A program made the position numbers and the translations under genes. 64,000 bases of DNA, from the NCBI GenBank assembly GCA_052327205.1, contig CM126204.1:38316001-38380000 (forward strand), written 5' to 3'. The notes under the pieces are model-generated. The model had not been told where the DNA came from, ran no database searches, and saw nothing but the letters and a program-made list of their open reading frames with translations. Source of the stretch: Somniosus microcephalus (lineage: Eukaryota). Shown here piece after piece: positions 52,201 through 61,200 of this stretch (position 1 is the stretch's first letter; each line of letters begins with the position of its first letter).

Positions 52201-55200
52201 CTACCTGTAGGTGATGTGTTAGTGAGAGCCTGAAGAATAGAATCAGCTTCCAGTGTAGCCATCATCTTCAACATAAGCTCAGCTTGCTGCTCCAAACCAA
52301 CCTCCAGACGGGCATCCAGCGCTGCACCACAAACAGAACCAAGGAAAGTTACTTGCTTTTTCTGCTAGCTTGCAGCATTAAAATGTAAAAAAAAAAACAC
52401 TCGTGAAACATACAAACCTTGAGACACGGAAACAGATACACTTTGAGATCCATTCTTCTCGCTGGCAGGCGGTGGTTTTGGCATCTGAATTCCAACGCCA
52501 CCAATATAAGGATTATAACTGTAAGTGCCATAGTCGGTACCCCAATAGTCATACCAAGTACTGCTAATAGGCTTTTGTGAATAAAAAAAATAAAATGTTT
52601 AATAGCAACACTAATCTGTTTAATGCTCATTCTACTACTTCCAACATGTTACTCAAAATGACGGCATAATTCATGAAGCAATAGAATGTTTAAATTTAAA
52701 GAATTCAAACTAAATGTATATATGCGGTATCCAATAGACGAAGGCTGAAATAAAGCAAACCCATAACTGTTATACAAATGATCCAATTGAAATTACCCAA
52801 GTTGTCTTTATTCTTTATATGTCCTTAAATTATGTTGTCTTGGGCTCGCAAATACAACTGTAGCCCAAATTTATGAAACCTATGAAACATACATATACTC
52901 CAATTCCAAAAAAAATTCTAAAGCATAAGACAGATAAAACAGAGAATGAATGCACTTACAAGGATAAGTACGCCAAGAGCCATAAAGCGCCAGAGTGGCT
53001 CGTTTTAGATTTTTTATCAATTGAATTTTTTTTTTTTTTTTGACAATTTACAAGAAAAACGGGAGGGACAAGGGGAGGATAGGGTTACAAAAGAAACACC
53101 TCACACTGCCCAAGGCAACACAATGAAAGTCAATTTCGCCAACATTAACCAGAACAAAAATTAGTTTTGCATGCAAAGATAAAATTCAATTGTGCGTACT
53201 ATACCTTGAACACTTTGGCAGCAAGGGGATCTTCATCAAAGTCAACATCTAGGGGACCAATATCAACATCCATGAGGTCTTGTAGCATGTCAAAGTCTTT
53301 GTCTTTATCTTTTTCCAAAGATGATGCAGATGGAGCACCTTTGGATGATGAAAACAGCTTTAACATTGCCAAGTATGTTAACTAATGTATGGAACTGGAC
53401 CACATACACTCACCAGGCAATTTTAAGGCTGTGCTTTTTTTTCTTAAATTTATAAAATAAATACTGACAGTACAACATATTCTTTAAAATTAATAAAAAA
53501 GGACAACCTATTCACTTTTCTCCTTACAAGTCACTTACCTGTAATATCCGGGGTCAGGGGCTCATCTATAGACTCCACGAGTGGAATTACAGATGGCTGT
53601 GGCAGGGAATCATCAGTGTCAGCTACTGATGTTCCTACATCTTCACCAACTGCTCCTTCTTCCATGGTCTCTACAGCTACTGGTGACAACAGCTCACCTG
53701 TACACAGTTTAAAAAAAAAAAAAAACATCGCAGTAGGTTACAACTTTTAAACAATTTTTTTTTTTTTTTTTAAATAAGTACTTGCTACCTGCTCACACAG
53801 TACACAAAAATCCAACACAAAAACCTGCAACACTGGCTGAAATTGGAGTATCAGAAAAATTCAAATGCTGGAAGTCTGAAATAAAAAACAAATTCACAAC
53901 AGGTTGATCAGCATTGGGAGAGAAAGACGGTCAACACTCGGACAGAGTATTTCAACTCCATACGCTGATTGACCTTTTGCATATTTCCAATAAGATTGGC
54001 CAGTGTGAAGAAGCACATTATCACATCAGTATACTATTGTACTCGTAGCATTAATAACCACTAGTTACTAAACTAATTCACTAACATATCTGCTTACAGA
54101 AAATGGTGGACAAAATTTGGCAATGCAGACATTTACTGTCATTAGTTCTCAGTTTACTTACAATGTAAAAGTTTAACAGGTGTGTAAAAGAAAATATAAG
54201 CCCAACAGCATCCATGCAAGTACAATAAATCTAACCAACAGTCCAGCATAATGACTATTTGCATCATTTGACAAATAGGTTCATATTAACTGCCATTAGC
54301 ACCTGACATTGCCAATTAGATCATGATTAGCAAAGACTCAAAGACCAATCAGATACACCCAAAAGTCTATTTTGGGTCATTCGCTGAAAAAAAAATTAAG
54401 ACTGGAATAAAAACAAAAAAATGCTGAAAACACTCAGCAGGCCAGGCAGCATCTGTGGAGAGAAACAGAATTAACGTTTTAGGTCAATGACCTGTCAGGA
54501 CTGGCGGGGCGAGGGGCAGAAAGGGGGGGGGGGGGTGAGGGAGGAGTGAGAGTGCAAATGTGAGCAAGGAGAGAGAGAAAAGTTGGGGAAAGAGAGCATA
54601 AATAAGCTCAAAGAAAGGTTTACAGCCAGATGGTATGTTGGGAGACAGCTGAGATTCCAATCCTGATCATGACATGCCAAATGCAGCCAACCTTCGACAG
54701 GAGAAAAACATTTTACACGCAATATGCGTATGTCTACACATCCCCACACACATGCACGGCAGTAAAACTAGCCTTTTGGGCAACATTTCAACACTGTTCT
54801 CACACAAATGTTTAGTACACAAGAACACTGGGGATGCAATTTGAGAGGAGGAAACACTTGCGGTATAATTTCTTGCTACCTACCTGCCAAGATATCTTGA
54901 ATCATGCAGGTCAAAGAATATTGTGCCCATGCTCCACCCCAGGAGATGTCTCCCCTGTTGAAGTCTGTTCCGACCAGTAGAAGCAGAAGTCTTTCTAGCT
55001 GCTGCTCATTAACTATTTCACAAAGATGAATCGTTGGCCTTGTAGCATTTGCAATACGTGCGAGAACCTGCCGAGAAAGTTCAGAAGTTCATTTGGCGCC
55101 ACCGCATAATGCCCACGGCAGAGCCCAGTAGGCGAGTCAGTCCATTTACAGATAGCAAGTACATTACCTCACGTACATTTTCTAAAAGTCCAGTACTAAA

Positions 55201-58200
55201 TCAAGAAAAGGAAATAAACTCACTTAAAATTGCAAACCTCCTGTGAAGAACAGCATAGCTGCAACCAGTGACTATTCCTGCTCTGTTTTTTTTAAGCTCT
55301 TTACCACAGCCCTACATATAGATTCAACCAGATACACTGGCCCTGCAAACAACATACTGAATTATAAAACTTGGATGGAGAGGGAAGTCCTATTCATCAA
55401 TCTGTAGCATGTTCAGTCCCACTTATTAAACAGCATACCATACGTACTGCATGATTTATTTCCCTAAAAGAACATGCACACCCTAAGTGCAGTACCAAAT
55501 GTGACTGTAGAACTTCAGCAACGTTTTACATCCAGTAAGAAGCTATCATGATATTTTAGCCACTTAACCATACCTGACGGAAGGTTAACTAAAAAGGAAT
55601 AAACAGAAGATGAAGAAATAAAGGTGCACACAGATGAATCAAAAGCTAAAAGGCCTCATTAACATGCCGCCGGTCCACTTCCCATATGGAGTGGGCGAGA
55701 AGCAGCTCCAACCCTCTGCACCGTCGGCTTGAAGGTAGGTGTGGGAAGGGGGTTGCGGGAATCCAAGGCAGGGAATGCCATAACTTTTCTATGTGGGGCC
55801 CGGAGGAGCACTCTCTCCTGGCCGCACAAAGAAAAAGCATTTAGGCCTCTTTGGGCCTTATGTCCCTGGCAGGTCCCAGCTCTCTTCAGCCTGGCAGGAA
55901 AGCCGCTGCAATTACCCTGCTCAGGCCAGTGTTATTCGCAATTTGGAGCCTGGTGACAATACTGGACTTCCATCTGCATATTTAAAGAAAGACCCCGCGA
56001 ACTTTAGGCAGGCAGCCAGAGACCAGAGTAAAAATCACAGTCCAGGCAGATTCCTGGCAGGTAAGCAACCTTGAGCGATTTTAACTGCCCACCAGGTGCG
56101 CAGGGTTAAAATCACCCCCAGATTTTTTTTAGAAAAGGAAGTGGCTAGAAAAGCAAGGATAACTTAGACTAAGACAGCATACAATTCAACAAGAGATTAT
56201 AGTCACAGGGGATACATTGGATAGCAGTGTGTATCGCAAGGACAATACTTATTAAAAATGGTGAATTGCCTACTTGAAGCTAGACATCTCTTCATTTTCC
56301 GTCTGAAGGACATTCACAAATATATCATAACCTAACTTTTCTCTTTACGAGTTATTGTTGAGTTGAGACTCAAGCAAGTTCAGCTTTTCAGCCCAGAAAG
56401 GAGGCCTCCGACAGATTTTAGAGGTATACAAGACAGTTAAGGGCATGGAAAAGGTAAATCCAGAATATTACTTCAAAATAAATTGCGAGACTAAGACAAG
56501 AGAACACAAATTCAAATTAGTTAGATCAGAAAATTGTTCACACTGTGTGATCAACACATGGAATGGATCCTGGATAGAATAGTCCAGGCAAAAATCCTGC
56601 ATTCCTTTAAGAAGCAATTGGATGAACTGTAGATACTTCTGGGTGGACGAATTAAGATGGGCTCAATCTGTAATCATCATAACCATGCAAATTTATGAGG
56701 GAGCACAAGTGTCAAAATGATGCATTTTGCTTTGCAATTATTTGATGTGGCCACAGGTTCACACAAACACTTTCGTCGCTCACTAAAGAATATTTCTCAC
56801 TTCCACAAATTGCATAATAGGTCTCCAAAAACTATTCACTCTGGAGTTATAAATACTTTTCCTTGCAATCTACATTAAAAATTGTCACGTAACCCTTAAA
56901 TTGCACTTGCAGTCTTGACCGCTAAATAGCACTAAAATATTCAAATGATGAAAGGGGCTTTGCATAATTAAGGAATTGGGTTTTCTTGCAACAATTTTCT
57001 CCCATCTTCTCCTCATACACACATCCAATTCCACAGGCATCACCACCCTCCAGTACCTTGCACAAGTGTCCAATCAGGTGAGTGTAAATGGCCTCTGCAG
57101 GTTATTCACCCATGAAAGACATCACATCAAGCCTAATTCTGTGCACATGCATGATCTTGTAGGGGGTCACAAGCAATGTTCCCCCTAAAGGGCGCGGCCG
57201 CGCACCAATCGCGAGGTCCCGCACAGGTCGCTCACCAGCTGTTCCGCTGGAAGAGATACAGCGCAGCAAATTTAAAGGGCCCGTGCAGGAAAAAAAAGTT
57301 AGAGGGAACATTGGTCACAAGATAACGATTACCGAATAGGAACTCTGGCTGCTTTTTCCTCCTTAGCAGAAAAAAAAACTTGCATTTCAGTGCCTTTCAC
57401 GACCTAAGGACATCCCAAAGCACTTTACAGCCAATGAAGTACTTTTGAAGTGTAGTCACTGTTGTAATGTAGGAGGGACACCGCTGCTGATTACTACTCT
57501 GGCTAAGATCAGAAAACTAAGTACAGACCAAAAATGAAACTGGGGACCTTCACCCACACCATCACTGAGAAGCTCAGTTAAGCACAGTGTTTGGATGTAG
57601 ATTGAACACATCAAGTACGTACATTTCAGACATGCTTTTTTTACACCAATATCCTTCATTTTGCAGCACATATACATCAGGATAACTTATGTACCTTCAA
57701 TTCCACTTCAACCACTTCTCAAATATTTAGACTGATTTCACCTCTACCCACTTGATGCTTGTAACTACAAAACAATTAACTTCTTCCTGTTAATCAGTCC
57801 TTGTATTACTTTGGGTTGTAGGCATAAATGAGAAGCATCATGAGGTAAATAAAACAGGAACAGAGTCATTGTGGATTTCCTCGTTTCTATACGATCTAGC
57901 AGACAGAGCTTAAAGCTTAAATCGAGGGAGGCTAGTGATGAAACATATATATTTTTGAAAATCTTTGGAAATCAAAAATTGTACCAAAGAAACTGAGCGA
58001 GAGGAATGATATAACCGTGCTTAGAAAGGGACAAGTCAGATAGTCATGTACCAGTTAGGCTCACGTCAATATTAGGAAAACGGCCGAGACCACAATAAAC
58101 AGGATAACCGGAGACTGCAGGAGGGAGGCAAGTTAGGATAGTGGATAAATGTGGTAACTAGAGTTCAAATGTCTGGGAAAAACAGAAAATGGAAAAATAC

Positions 58201-61200
58201 TCTAAACTGTAAAATTCTCTGGGGAGTAGCAAACAGATGTAGGAATGCTGATAAACAAATTTTTTAAAGCAGGATCGCAGATGGGCTAGGGGCAGGGGAT
58301 GAGACAAAAAAAGGGCAAATGGGATCTGGGCAGAAGAATGTTTTTCATTCAAAAGGGTCATTAGAATATAGAATGCATTAGAACAAGTGGCTACTGAAAC
58401 TGAATCAATTATGACATTTAAGAGAAAATGAGATAAAATGCTGGCAAAAAATATTAAAAGCTAGAAGAGAGCAGGGAAATGTGATTAGCTACCTCTGATA
58501 GAGGAACCAGTTAGCACCTCCCCATGCACAATAGGCCAAATGAGCTCCTTCGCTGCAGACATTTCTAAGATGCTGTGATAACTCTTGCAGAATATTTTGT
58601 GTTCAAACATGCAAAGTATTAAAGTTTACCCTCCGCCCCCACCCCCCCAGAAAAAGGCTGCAATAGAACACAATGGTTCTCATCAAAGGAGTGGCATCTG
58701 AAATGGGTGTACAAATGTGTGTTACATGAGCAGCTACATCATTTTCTCTTGCTCATCTATCTTACCATCGATATTTAGAGGTTTTCCCCAAATAGGGTGG
58801 GCACAATCTCCCATCCTAGTAAGAATGACAGACAATTTTTTTTTTATATAAAACTTGCCGATTTCAACAGAATCCCAATATAATTGAGAATGTTCCTGTC
58901 CTTTACTTTCACAAATCCCTGCAAAAGGTTTTGCCCCTCAAGATTTTTGTACAAATATTTGAGGCTGATCAATAGCTTCAACTTTTCCTCAATTCTCGAG
59001 AAATCGTTTATTATTTTTTTTTTTTATAAATTGTTTTAAGATTCGACAATTGTAGTCCCTCTCACGCAAAACCTGTCCCACTCCCACAGGGAAGCTGTCA
59101 ACAAAATAAAACCTTTCTCTGTAGAAAGTAACTTAAGCCACTAGGAGATCTTTGTTTCTCTGCACTCTATTTGACCAGTCATCCAAGTGGGCCTCAGGGA
59201 CTCCAATTATTTCCCTCCCGCTCTCGCCCCACCCTACCCCACCCCCCGTCAAAATTTTCTGAAATCCAATTTTCCAGTGCCGTTATTGAGGCCATGCCAG
59301 CTAGCCTAATCTGAATCAGCACTGTGGAAACAATATCCTTAGATTTACCCAGAAAAGTATCAGATTACAGCTACCATTTTGTACAAATTACACGGATTTC
59401 CACCGTTTCTCTGGAACATTCGCTTTTAGGCTTATTAGTTTCCCTTATAGTTAACATCTGGCACTTTTTAGCACGCTGCTTCTTCTATAATTTGGAGTGT
59501 TTGGGTTGAAGTCAGCAAAGCTCAATAAGAACAGCTTTAAGTTGAGAGAAAATAAATGGGTTATTTCCATCAGAACAGAAAGATCTGATGAGATGTTCAA
59601 AATTATTTCTGGTTTTGATAGGGGAAGAGACTATTTCCACTGGTCAGTGAGTTGCTAACTGGGGGGCAGAAATCTAAAACCACCAGCAAAAGAACAAAGG
59701 AAGAGTTTAGGGGAATGTTTTTGTTTGAAATGCAGAGGGTTATTAGGAGGGAAGCAGTAAACATCTAAAAGAAAAATTGACAAGGGAAGAGGAATGGGAC
59801 TAAACACTTCACTCAGAGCTAGCGCAGGTGCGAAGGGCCAAATGGTCTCTGTCGTGAATCTCATCATTCATGAAGAAATGACTCATGAAATAACACTGGG
59901 CGGCCAGCTGGTGGTGCCATCCAAGGAGTATAAATACTCGGGCGTGGGCCCAGCTTGCCCAGGACGTTTTTGTAACCAGAAACTAGTGATGTAACTAGAA
60001 TCTCATGGTTGTGAAACAGTTGATTAAAGCCTTGTTTTATACTCACCAAGTGCTTAGTGAGTTTTCTTACGTCAGTCTCCTTCTGTGCTGTAAAATATGA
60101 TAATCTGCTATATCCTGATTACTTCACCTCCCTCAAATGTAGTAATTTTATAACTTGTACTTTACAAATGGCCGTACGTTAATGGTAGTGAAGTCTAGGC
60201 TTAACTGAGTTCACGAACCTAAGCACAGGGCATCTGAATACCAATTATGTAACTATGATCCAGTAGCATCTCGAGTCATTTTCTTTGGCCATTTATAAAT
60301 TTAAGAAAGCATTTGGAGGAACATTTTCATTTGAGCAGGTATACATTACAAAGGCAAGGACACACATATACACTCACCTTACAGACAAAGAGTAGCAGAT
60401 CGGCATGACAGGTAAAATCCATGGAGAGAAGAAAAAGTGCAAGCTTCTGCACCACAGCAATGCAGCGATCATGGGATAGAGTAAAGGGGAGTGGTTCCAC
60501 CTCCGGGGAGTCTTTTGTTGAGGACGATTCTGAATCTAAAGTAGTGCGAGGCCACTCTGCTGTCCGGCGTAGGCGAATAAGGTCCTTGAAGTGCTAGTGT
60601 GGGATTGAAGTTAGGATGAAATGCAATTAACTTTGCCAACTAAATCCCACTAATTGAATTTACACACATGCAATTAACATACTGAAAAATTAAAAAAATC
60701 TGAATTTCTGTTTGTTGGGAGGAAAAACAAAACGGTACCATTTCCATGACTAGAGACGATAGTAGCTCGAGCAATATCTTAGTTAACAGTGCATACATGA
60801 GCAAAGCAAACCGAGCAATAATCGAGAAAAAGGTTCTTCTCTCCCATCTCCTCAGTGCTCTCATCTGGTCCTGCACCCTTGACCCCATTCCCACTAAACT
60901 GCTGTTAACTCAACTTTCCTTCCTGGCCTCCAGGCAGGCTGACATTTTAATTGGTTCCCTCAACTCGGGTGCTTTCCCCCTCCCATCAAACCACCGTCAC
61001 ACATCTCCTCAAAAACCCACCCTTGAACATTCTGTTCTTGTAAACTACCACCCCGTCTCCAACATCCCTTTTCTCTCCAAGATCCCTGAACAGTTGTCGC
61101 CCTCCTAACTGTGTCCTCATCTTTCCTGCAACTCAATGTTTGAATTTCTCCAGTCAAGCTTCCACCTTGTCACAGCACTGAAACAGCCCTAACCAAAGTT

